From Desulfobaccales bacterium (lineage in GTDB: Bacteria > Desulfobacterota > Desulfobaccia > Desulfobaccales > 0-14-0-80-60-11): a DNA stretch of 60,127 nt. The notes beneath the pieces were generated by a model that had not been told where the DNA came from, ran no database searches, and worked only from the letters and a program-made list of their open reading frames with translations. The translations under genes were made by a program, and so were the position numbers. Each line of letters starts with the position of its first letter. The stretch's first letter is position 1. The stretch covers positions 1 through 60,127 of the forward strand of contig JBAVUP010000162.1 of assembly GCA_049696835.1 (NCBI GenBank), written 5' to 3'. Shown here piece after piece: positions 8,024-16,018 of this stretch.

Positions 8024-8983
8024 TCACCGGAAATGGCAGGCGACCCAGTGGTCCGGGGCGGTCTCCCGGAAGGCGGGCACGGTCTCCCGGCAGCGGGGCA
8101 GCTGGGCTTCGGGGCAGCGGGGGTGGAAAGGGCAGCCCGTCGGCACGTTGACCGGGCTGGGGGGTTCCCCCTTGAGGGCCGGCGGCGAAAAAGTCCGCTC
8201 CGGGGTGGGCCGGGGCACCGCGGCCAGGAGGGCCTCGGTATAGGGGTGCAGCCGGGCCCCGGCCAGCACCTCGCGGGTGGCCATTTCCATCAACCGGCCC
8301 ACGTACATCACCGCCACCCGGTTGCTGATCTGGGAGATGACGGAGAGGTCATGGGAGATGAACAGATAGGTAAGGCCGTGCCGCGCCTGCAACTCCGCCA
8401 GGAGATTGAGAATCTGGGCCTGGATGGAGACGTCCAGGGAGGAAACCGGCTCGTCGGCCACGATGAGCCGGGGCTTCAGGGCCAGGGCCCGGGCGATCCC
8501 CAGGCGTTGGCGCTGGCCGCCGCTGAATTCATGGGGATAGCGGTCCAGCACCTCGGCGGTCAGGCCCACTTCCGTGAGCAGCTCATCCACCCAGGCCCGG
8601 CGCTCCGGGCGGCTCCCCAGGTTATGGATGACATAGGGCTCTTCCAGGATCTGGCCCACGGTCATGCGGGGGTTGAGCGACGAATAGGGGTCCTGGAAGA
8701 TGATCTGGAACTGGCGCCGCAGTTCCTTGAGGTGCTTTTTGGACACCTGGGCCAGGTCCTCCCCGGCGAAGACGATGCGGCCCCGGGTGGGGGGCAAAAG
8801 CGCCAGGGCCAGGCGGCCCAGGGTGGACTTGCCGCACCCGGACTCCCCCACCAGCCCCAGGGCTTCTCCGGAGAAGAGGGCCAGGCTGACGCCATCCACC
8901 GCCTTCAAGAGCGGCCCTTTTCCCCAGGCGCCGGCCAGACGGAAATAACCACACAGGTCGTGGGCTTCTAATAGTTCAGACAT
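8024..8983 (-). CDS. Oligopeptide/dipeptide ABC transporter ATP-binding protein (DppF/OppF type)
   Basis: Walker A GESGCGKST, signature FSGGQRQR, Walker B LIVADEP, and the Cys-rich oligopeptide C-terminal domain. Confidence 0.9.
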   Translation of the reverse strand: MSELLEAHDLCGYFRLAGAWGKGPLLKAVDGVSLALFSGEALGLVGESGCGKSTLGRLALALLPPTRGRIVFAGEDLAQVSKKHLKELRRQFQIIFQDPYSSLNPRMTVGQILEEPYVIHNLGSRPERRAWVDELLTEVGLTAEVLDRYPHEFSGGQRQRLGIARALALKPRLIVADEPVSSLDVSIQAQILNLLAELQARHGLTYLFISHDLSVISQISNRVAVMYVGRLMEMATREVLAGARLHPYTEALLAAVPRPTPERTFSPPALKGEPPSPVNVPTGCPFHPRCPEAQLPRCRETVPAFRETAPDHWVACHFR

Positions 8984-9989
8984 AGTTCCAGCAACGCACC
9001 AGGTGCCCGGGGCTCACCTCCACCCACGGCGGCTCCTCCAGGCAGCGCCCGTGGGCCAGGGGGCAGCGGTCCCGGAAGAAGCAGCCCGACGGCGGCTCCG
9101 CCGGCAGGTGGCCGTGAATCGCCGAGAGGCTCTCCCCGGGCGGATGCCGGAAATCCAGCTTGGGCACGGAATTGAGCAGGCCCACCGTGTACGGATGGTC
9201 CGGGTGGCGGAAGAGTTCCGCGGTCGGGGCCTGTTCCACGATAAGGCCGGCGTACATCACCGCCACCCGGTCGGCGGTCTGGGCCACGATCCCCAGGTTG
9301 TGGGTGATGAACAGCACCGCCAGCCCCAATTCCGCCTTGAGGCTGGCCAGCAGGGCCAGGATCTGGGCCTGGATGGTCACGTCCAGGGCGGTGGTGGGCT
9401 CATCGGCGATGAGCAGTTCGGGGTCGCAGGCCAGGGCCATGGCCATGAGGGCCCGCTGCCTGAGTCCCCCGGAGAGCTGGTGCGGGTATTGCGACAGACG
9501 CCGGGCCGCATCGGGGAAGCCCACCCGGGCGAGGGCCGCGCCGGCCTCCCGCCAGGCCGCGTGATGGGACAGACCCCGGTGCAGGCGCAGGGCCTCGGCC
9601 ACCTGCTCGCCGATGGTGAGGACCGGGTTCAGCGCGGTCATGGGTTCCTGGAAGACCATGGCGATACGGTCGCCCCGGATCTGGCGCAGGCGGGCCTCCG
9701 GGGAGCCTTGCAGGTCTTCCCCCTGAAAACGGATGGCGCCGGTTACTTCCGCGGGCGGCATCGGCAGGAGCCGCAGGATGGACATGGCGGTGACGGTCTT
9801 GCCGCAGCCCGATTCCCCCACCAGTCCCAAGGTCTCGCCGGGGGCCAGATCGAAGCTCACCCCGGCCACGGCCCTGACCCGGCCCCTTTCTACGGCGAAA
9901 TTAACCGTCAGGTCCCGCACCTCCAGCAAGGGCGCGGCGTGGGGCCCAATGGTGGGCGCGGCCATGGCAACGTCAGACATTTTTTGCAT
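8976..9989 (-). CDS. Oligopeptide/dipeptide ABC transporter ATP-binding protein (DppD/OppD type)
   Basis: Walker A GESGCGKT, signature LSGGLRQR, Walker B LIADEPTTALD. The start is uncertain (9965-10022). The stop overlaps the downstream ATPase start. Confidence 0.9.
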   Translation of the reverse strand: MQKMSDVAMAAPTIGPHAAPLLEVRDLTVNFAVERGRVRAVAGVSFDLAPGETLGLVGESGCGKTVTAMSILRLLPMPPAEVTGAIRFQGEDLQGSPEARLRQIRGDRIAMVFQEPMTALNPVLTIGEQVAEALRLHRGLSHHAAWREAGAALARVGFPDAARRLSQYPHQLSGGLRQRALMAMALACDPELLIADEPTTALDVTIQAQILALLASLKAELGLAVLFITHNLGIVAQTADRVAVMYAGLIVEQAPTAELFRHPDHPYTVGLLNSVPKLDFRHPPGESLSAIHGHLPAEPPSGCFFRDRCPLAHGRCLEEPPWVEVSPGHLVRCWNYV

Positions 9990-10070
9990 AATATCAATAA
10001 AATTGAGGGAAACGCTTCTCAACTAGTGTCGTGTCCCGTAAGGACCTTTCATAAATATAAAGCCTTTAAC

Positions 10071-10173
10071 TCCCCTCCCCTGGTGGGAGGGGGTTGGGGG
10101 GAGGGGGAATAAGACAAGGTAATCGGTGAGTCATTTCACCCCCACCCTGACCCTCCCCCATCAAGGGGGAGGG
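10071..10173. repeat. Composite G/C-run double-hairpin intergenic element (family B)
   Basis: The two ends (about 38 nt each) match the inverted copy at 34801-34905. The central 25-30 nt differs. Confidence 0.75.
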
Positions 10174-10283
10174 AAAAAAGCCAAGCACTTATACCATGTA
10201 TTATCTGGAACGCAAGACTAGTGTACTATTTATCATTAACTTGACATAAAAATCAGCCAGAAAGGATGGCTTGGCAAGCCCAA

Positions 10284-10366
10284 GTCCCCCTTTGAAAAAG
10301 GGGGATTTAGGGGGATTTCCAACGGGTTGTCTGAAATCCCCCTGACCCCCCTTTAAGAAAAGGGGG
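10284..10366. repeat. Two REP-like palindromic elements (family A)
   Basis: gtccccctttgaaaaagggggatttagggggattt and aaatccccctgacccccctttaagaaaaggggg. The same family occurs at 4974-5003, 7887-7962 and 33876-33949. Confidence 0.8.
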
Positions 10367-10386
10367 AAAAAATCAGCTCCTCGATG

Positions 10387-11781
10387 TCACTCCTCCGCCG
10401 CCACCGGCGCCTCCTCGATGGGCAGTTGGATGGTAAAGGTGGACCCTTTGCCCGGGGTGCTGTCCGCAAAGATGCAGCCGCCGTGCTCCTTGATGATGCT
10501 CTGGCAGATGGCCAGCCCCAGGCCGGTCCCCTTCTCCTTGGTGGTAAAATGGGGCTGGAAAAGATTGCCCACCACCTCCGGGGACATCCCTTCGCCGGTG
10601 TCGGTGATACTGATTTCCACATTGCCGCCCCGGACCTGGCTGCCCACGGTGATCTTACCGCCCCGGGGCATGGCTTCCAGGGCGTTCTTAAACAGATTGA
10701 TGAGCACCTGGCGCACCTGTTTGGGGTCGAAGACCACCAGGGGCACCGGCCCCTGCTCCACCCGGCGCACCGTGATGAGGTGTTCTGTAAAGGTCTCCTG
10801 GAACAGTTCCAGCACTTCATGGAGCACGTCGCTGATCTGACCGGGGCGTCTGGCGGCCGGGGGGCGGCGCACGAATTCCCGCATCTCGGCCACCATTTCC
10901 TCCAGGTGCCCCACCTCTTCGGCGATGATGGTGAGTTTCTGGCGGGCCTTGTCGTCCAGGCCCGGAATCTTCATGAGTTGCCGGGCGAACCCCCCGATGA
11001 TGAGCAGGGGATTTTTGATTTCGTGGGCGATATGGGTCACGGTGTTGCCCACCGCGGCCAGACGTTCGGACTGGAGCACCCGCTCTTCCATTTCCTGGTA
11101 TTCGGTAATATCCCGAATGATGCCGGTGAAATAGAGGTTGTCCTGAATCTCGGCCACGGAAAAGGAGATGCTCATGGGGAATTCCCGCCCGTCCCGGCGC
11201 AGGGCGCTGAGGCGCACGTGCTTGCCGATCATCCGGGCCTCCCGGGTGGCCACGTAGCGCCGCACGTATTGCCGGTGTTCATCCTTATACGGCGGCGGAA
11301 TGATGATGGTGAGGTCCTGGCCCAAAGCCTCCTGCCGGGTGTAGCCGAACATCTGTTCGGCCCCCTGATTGTAGCCGACAATTACGTGGTCTTCATTGAT
11401 GGTGATAATGGCGTCAGTGGCGCTGTTGATGATGCCGGTGTTGATTTCCTGCTTCTGGCGCAACTCCTGGAACTGGCACACCAGCCCTTTCAGGAGGCGG
11501 GCCGCGGGTCCGGTAATCAAGTTCTGCACCGTTTCCGGGGAAAAACCGCGCTGCCCGGCGGTAAGGAACTGGCCGTCCAGGACCAGATCAAAGGCCTCCG
11601 GCTGCAACTCCGGCAAAAGGTGCACGGCCATCCCCGCGGCGACCTCGGCTTTGGTGCCGAACAGGACGATGTCCACCGACGGGTAACCTTCCAGGGAAAA
11701 AGGCAGCGCCACCGGGTGGCAGATGAATTCCTGGCCGTTCAAGACAATGGCGATGCGGATGGGTTTGGTCGTGGCGGTCAT
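10387..11781 (-). CDS. Cytoplasmic sensor histidine kinase (unassigned N-domain, PAS, HisKA, HATPase_c)
   Basis: PAS region (DAIITINEDHVIVGYNQGAEQMFGYTRQEALG), H-box (VTHIAHEIKNPL), and N/G1/G2 boxes (NLFKNALEAM, DTGEGM, GTGLGLAI). The real ATG at 11781 lies 20 nt after the upstream paralog's stop. Confidence 0.85.
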   Translation of the reverse strand: MTATTKPIRIAIVLNGQEFICHPVALPFSLEGYPSVDIVLFGTKAEVAAGMAVHLLPELQPEAFDLVLDGQFLTAGQRGFSPETVQNLITGPAARLLKGLVCQFQELRQKQEINTGIINSATDAIITINEDHVIVGYNQGAEQMFGYTRQEALGQDLTIIIPPPYKDEHRQYVRRYVATREARMIGKHVRLSALRRDGREFPMSISFSVAEIQDNLYFTGIIRDITEYQEMEERVLQSERLAAVGNTVTHIAHEIKNPLLIIGGFARQLMKIPGLDDKARQKLTIIAEEVGHLEEMVAEMREFVRRPPAARRPGQISDVLHEVLELFQETFTEHLITVRRVEQGPVPLVVFDPKQVRQVLINLFKNALEAMPRGGKITVGSQVRGGNVEISITDTGEGMSPEVVGNLFQPHFTTKEKGTGLGLAICQSIIKEHGGCIFADSTPGKGSTFTIQLPIEEAPVAAEE

Positions 11782-11800
11782 GTCAATCAATCCCGTCAGG

Positions 11801-13210
11801 TCATGGTGGGGGCGCTGCCGCCCCCCCGGCCCCAGGTTGCTGTTCCAGGGGCAGTTGGATGGTAAAGGTGGACCCTTTGCCCGGGGTGCTGTCGGCAACC
11901 ATGCGGCCGCCGTGCTCCTGGATGATGTTCTGGCAGATGGCCAGCCCCAGGCCGGTCCCCTTTTCCTTGGTGGTAAAATAGGGCTGAAAGATATTGCCCA
12001 CTACTTCCGGGGTCATGCCCTCGCCGGTGTCGGTGACGCTGATTTCGGCCTGGGGGCCCCGGACCCGGCTGCGCACGGTGATCTCACCGCCCCGGGGCAT
12101 GGCCTCCAGGGCGTTTTGCAAGAGATTGATGAGCACCTGATGTATCTGCTGGGGATCAAAACTCACGGTCGGCAGCGGCGTGGCTTCCACCCGGCGTACC
12201 GTGATGTGGTGGGCCGCAAGGGTATCCTGGAACAGTTCCAGGGCCGCCTGAATCGCCTCGGCCAGCTGCCCGGGACGCTTTTGGGCGGGGGGACGGCGGA
12301 CAAAGTCCCGCATTGCCGCCACCATGTCCTCGAGGTGGGTCACCTCTTCTGCCATGATGGTCAATTTCCGGCGGGCCTTGTCATCCAGTCCCGGGGTCTT
12401 CACGAGCTGGCGGGCAAACCCCCCGATGATGAGGAGCGGGTTCTTGATTTCATGGGCGATATGGGTCACGGTATTACCCACCGCGGCCAGACGTTCGGAC
12501 TGGAGCACCCGGTCCTTCATGGCTTCATATTCGGTAATATCCCGCATGATGGCGGTGAAATACAGGTTGTCACGGATCTCGGCCACGGAAAAGGAAATGC
12601 TCAAGGGGAATTCCTGCCCGTCCCGGCGCCGGGCGACGAGGCGCCGCTGGCGACCGAGCACGTGGGCTTCCCGGGTGGCCAGGTAGCGCCGCACGAAATC
12701 CCGGTGGGCGTCGGTGTACGGCGGCGGCACAATGAGTTTCAGGTCCTGGCCCAAAGCTTCTTGCCGGGTGTAGCCGAACATCTGCTCCGCCCCGCGATTG
12801 TAACCGATAATCATGTGGTCTTCATTGATGGTGACGAGGGCGTCGGTGGCGCTCATGATGATGCCGGCGTTGATTTCCTGCTTCTGGCGCAACTCCTGGA
12901 GTTGGCACACCAGCCCTTTCAGGAAGCGGGCCGCGGAACCGGAAATGAGGTTCGCCGTCCGGTCCGGGGAACCACCAGCCGGGCCGGCGGTCAAGAACTG
13001 GCCGTCCAGCACCAGGTCAAAAGCCTCCGGCTGTAAATCCGGCAGGAGATGCACCGGCATCCCCGCCGCCACCTCGGTTTGGGCGCCGTACAGGATGAGG
13101 TCCACCGGTGGGTAGCCTTCCACCGCAAAAGGCAGGATGACCGCTTTGCAGCTGAATTCCTCTCCGTTGACGACGATGGCGATGCGGATGGGTTCCGGGG
13201 CAGCGGTCAT
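11801..13210 (-). CDS. Cytoplasmic sensor histidine kinase, tandem paralog of the downstream gene
   Basis: Same architecture, and about three quarters of residues identical by eye along the whole length. Confidence 0.85.
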   Translation of the reverse strand: MTAAPEPIRIAIVVNGEEFSCKAVILPFAVEGYPPVDLILYGAQTEVAAGMPVHLLPDLQPEAFDLVLDGQFLTAGPAGGSPDRTANLISGSAARFLKGLVCQLQELRQKQEINAGIIMSATDALVTINEDHMIIGYNRGAEQMFGYTRQEALGQDLKLIVPPPYTDAHRDFVRRYLATREAHVLGRQRRLVARRRDGQEFPLSISFSVAEIRDNLYFTAIMRDITEYEAMKDRVLQSERLAAVGNTVTHIAHEIKNPLLIIGGFARQLVKTPGLDDKARRKLTIMAEEVTHLEDMVAAMRDFVRRPPAQKRPGQLAEAIQAALELFQDTLAAHHITVRRVEATPLPTVSFDPQQIHQVLINLLQNALEAMPRGGEITVRSRVRGPQAEISVTDTGEGMTPEVVGNIFQPYFTTKEKGTGLGLAICQNIIQEHGGRMVADSTPGKGSTFTIQLPLEQQPGAGGAAAPPP

Positions 13211-13430
13211 TTTCAGCAGTGAGCATTCAGTGGTTAGTGGTTAGGGCTTTCAGGAATTAACGGCATGCAAACTTAAACTCGGCATGCCGGTTAAGATTCG
13301 CCCCGGGCCTGGACGCCCGCCGAACCTGACTTACATGTAGGCCGGGCACTGTCCGCTATCAAGATATTCGATGATATAGAGGCCATGGTTGGCGGCCACG
13401 GACCGTCCCAGATCGGATGCCGCCGCCGGC

Positions 13431-14414
13431 TCATGCGCCGAACAGCGCCTCCGCCAGTTGGTTCAGGGCCTCAATGCCCCTGACCTCCGATTGGAACAAC
13501 GGCACCAGGGCGCGGACCTGGCCGTCGAAGAGCCGCCAGATGGTCTCCAGATGCTCCGCCTGCATAGCCCGGCGGTTGGCGATGAACTCCGGCTCATGGG
13601 TGGGATCATGGGGGATCAGCCCATTCACCACAATGCCGCCCACGGGGATGCCGAAATCCTCAAACCATTTCAAAAACCGGGTGATCACCGCAATGGGCAG
13701 GGCCTCGGGCAGGGTGACGAAGAAAAAGGCGGTGAGGGCCGGATCGGTGAGCAACTCGCGGGCGCGGTCCATACGCTGCCGGAAGTCCACCAGGTAGTCC
13801 ATCAGGGGGTCGGCTTCTGCTTTTTTCTTCGTGAAGGACAACAGTTCCCGGAGGGATGTGGCCTCCTTCCGGCTCTTCACCATCTTGTCCACCCACAGGG
13901 AATAGACCTGGGACATACCCAGCAGGCGCCGGGCATTGGCGGTGGGGGCGGTGTCGAAGACGTAGGCGTCGAACTCCCCGCCGAACATCAGGTCCAGCAT
14001 GTTCTCGAACATGGCCGACTCTTCGAACGCGGGGTTCAGGGTAGCGGCCTCCACGAATTCGTCGGCCTTGAGTTGGAGGTCGGCAAAGCGGAGAAACCAG
14101 TTGATTTTCTCCCGAATCTCGTTTTTGGACCGGTTGATGGTGTCCCGGGTGTCAATTTCATAAGCGCTGGCCCCGGGCGCTTCCTTCAGGGGCGTGATCT
14201 GGCCGAAGACGTCCCGGCCCAGGAGGCCCGACAGGGAGTGCACCGGGTTGGTAGAGGCCAGCAGGGTCCGACGGCCCTGGCCGGCCAGCCACAAGGCGGT
14301 GGCCCCGGCCATGACGGTTTTGCCCACCCCGCCCTTGCCGCCGAAGAAAAGGAATTTGAGGTCGGGCTTTTCAGCCAGGAACTGCCGCATATTGGTGGTG
14401 ATGGTCCCAGTCAT
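13431..14414 (-). CDS. ArsA/GET3 (TRC40) family transport-energizing ATPase
   Basis: Deviant Walker A FFGGKGGVGKT, with Get3/ArsA-type length and motifs. The start is either the ATG at 14414 or the GTG at 14429. Confidence 0.85.
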   Translation of the reverse strand: MTGTITTNMRQFLAEKPDLKFLFFGGKGGVGKTVMAGATALWLAGQGRRTLLASTNPVHSLSGLLGRDVFGQITPLKEAPGASAYEIDTRDTINRSKNEIREKINWFLRFADLQLKADEFVEAATLNPAFEESAMFENMLDLMFGGEFDAYVFDTAPTANARRLLGMSQVYSLWVDKMVKSRKEATSLRELLSFTKKKAEADPLMDYLVDFRQRMDRARELLTDPALTAFFFVTLPEALPIAVITRFLKWFEDFGIPVGGIVVNGLIPHDPTHEPEFIANRRAMQAEHLETIWRLFDGQVRALVPLFQSEVRGIEALNQLAEALFGA

Positions 14415-14419
14415 CTCGC

Positions 14420-15394
14420 TCACCCACACAGAAAATCCGCCACCCGGGAGATCATGGTCAACCCGGTGACGTCTCGTTCCATTTCCGGCACCTGGGCGAC
14501 CACCTGGCCCCCGAAGGTCTCCCGGATCTTGTCCAGGTACTTGTCCTGCATCTCCAGGCGATGCTGCAGAAACTCGGGGATGTCCTCCTGCCTCAGGCTC
14601 TCCGGCAGCACCCGGTTCACTATGTACCCGGACAGGGGCACCTGGAACTTGGCGAACAGGTCCGCGGCCTTCAAGGTATCCTGGATGATCATCTCCTCGG
14701 GCGTCAGCACAAAGAAGAACGCGGTCTTGTCCCGGTCGGTAAGGACCCGGGAGCTGGCCTGGATGCGCTCCTTGATATAGTGGAGCTCCGCCAGAATGGC
14801 GTCTTCATCCAGGGTGTCATCGTCCCGCTTGATGTGGGCCGCCACCTGGTCGTACTCCCGCATCTGCTCCCGCAAGGCCGTGATCTTGCTGATCCAGGCG
14901 TCATAGACCGTGGCCATGGAGAGGTAATAGAGGGCGTGGCCCAGGGGCACCAGGTCGTAGATATAGTAGTCGTAGTCCCCGGCCACCATGATGTCCACCA
15001 CCGCGTCGAAGATGGCGCTCTCTTCCATGGCCGGCTCCGCGGAGGCGGCCCGGATATAGGATTCGATCTCCTCGGGCAGGTCCGTAAACCCGTACATATC
15101 CCGGATCTTCTGGCGGATCTCTTCCTGGTAAGCCTTGATGCGCCTGTCGGCGTCGATCTCCTGGGCCCAGAGATTGTCCATGACCTTGACCGGCCCCTGG
15201 CCGAAGATGTCCTGCTGGAAGATGTCAGACAGCGACGCCTGGGGGTCCACCGAGAAGACCAGGACCTTGTGCCCTTGCTTGGCCAGGTAATAGCCGGCCG
15301 CGGCCGAAAAGGTGGTCTTGCCCAGGCCGCCTTTGCCGCCGAACATCAGGTAGCGGCGCTCGGGATGGTCTTTGAGTAACGTGGCGAGAGAAAT
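14420..15394 (-). CDS. ArsA/GET3 family ATPase, second copy, probably with an ATT start
   Basis: P-loop MFGGKGGLGKT. The first ATG (15346) falls inside beta-strand 1. The frame is open back to TGA at 15398-15400, with GGAGG at 15401-15405 and ATT at 15392-15394. Confidence 0.8.
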   Translation of the reverse strand: MSLATLLKDHPERRYLMFGGKGGLGKTTFSAAAGYYLAKQGHKVLVFSVDPQASLSDIFQQDIFGQGPVKVMDNLWAQEIDADRRIKAYQEEIRQKIRDMYGFTDLPEEIESYIRAASAEPAMEESAIFDAVVDIMVAGDYDYYIYDLVPLGHALYYLSMATVYDAWISKITALREQMREYDQVAAHIKRDDDTLDEDAILAELHYIKERIQASSRVLTDRDKTAFFFVLTPEEMIIQDTLKAADLFAKFQVPLSGYIVNRVLPESLRQEDIPEFLQHRLEMQDKYLDKIRETFGGQVVAQVPEMERDVTGLTMISRVADFLCG

Positions 15395-15410
15395 GGTTCA
15401 CCTCCGATGA

Positions 15411-15438
15411 AGCTATTAGCTGTCAGCTGTCAGCTTTT
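15411..15438. repeat. Tandem heptamer array
   Basis: agctatt agctgtc agctgtc agc. Inverted relative to the array at 15626-15652. Confidence 0.7.
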
Positions 15439-15625
15439 CGACCAGTTTTATCGCTTCCTCTTTCCATTCAAGGGGACAATCGCCTAGATATTGGGGTAAG
15501 CCACCTTATGAGATGGCATCTTCAGCTCTTTTTACAGAATTTACCTGTGCTTTTAGGCATCCCCGCCCTATCCTTCCTGATGAGCCTCCGCCGAGAAGGA
15601 TAAGAGAGACCCAGATCAGGTCTTT

Positions 15626-15652
15626 GGCTGATAGCTGATAGCTGACAGCTTC
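15626..15652. repeat. Tandem heptamer array (inverted partner)
   Basis: ggctgat agctgat agctgac agct. Confidence 0.7.
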
Positions 15653-15653
15653 T

Positions 15654-15917
15654 TTACGCTAGTGTATCGGTCAAATCCTTTTCCCTGAGCATGCGGCGTT
15701 TCCAGGTGGCGATTTGGGGCACCACGTAAGGGAGTAGCCGCAGGGAGTAGTAGGGAGGTAAGAGGGGCACCCCCACCAGGTCCCCCATGGTCACCAGGAT
15801 GAACAAATGCTCCATCTGGGCCCGGGTCTTCAGGGCAAAGCGGGCCGAATCATGGGCCGCCATGCCGTAGACAAATTCTTTGACGGCATTGAGAAAGCCG
15901 CCTTTTTTTTTGGTCAT
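15654..15917 (-). CDS. Small conserved-looking protein upstream of the ArsA pair, unknown function
   Basis: 87 aa. GGAGG lies 8 nt before the ATG. Natural composition, with a helical/hydrophobic core LFILVTMGDLVGVPLLPPYYSLRLLPYVVP. Confidence 0.6.
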   Translation of the reverse strand: MTKKKGGFLNAVKEFVYGMAAHDSARFALKTRAQMEHLFILVTMGDLVGVPLLPPYYSLRLLPYVVPQIATWKRRMLREKDLTDTLA

Positions 15918-15957
15918 GACAGGACCTCCGGTTATGGGCTCACATTTGGGAGAAGGG

Positions 15958-15990
15958 CTGTAGGGGCGGGTTTAAAACCCGCCCCTACGG
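15958..15990. repeat. Hairpin repeat gtaggggcgggttt[ag]aaacccgcccctac (family C)
   Basis: Near-identical copy at 55244-55272. Related shorter forms at 24023-24046, 32843-32868, 34688-34738 and 53465-53491. Confidence 0.75.
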
Positions 15991-16018
15991 ACCCTGGCCC
16001 CTCCCCCCACATCTCATT

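Noticed and set aside
10071-10366. Repeat clusters (also 33843-34050, 53465-53568 and 56945-57110) as CRISPR arrays
   Set aside because: The units are palindromic, of different families and orientations, and not regularly spaced with unique spacers. There are at most two or three units per site, and no cas genes are present.
15577-15584. CTGATGAG (the hammerhead ribozyme core sequence) inside a tatccttc...gaaggata stem
   Set aside because: The sequence after it (cctccgccgagaagg) does not form the required stem II followed by GAAA and a stem III with a cleavage-site triplet. It is a chance octamer.
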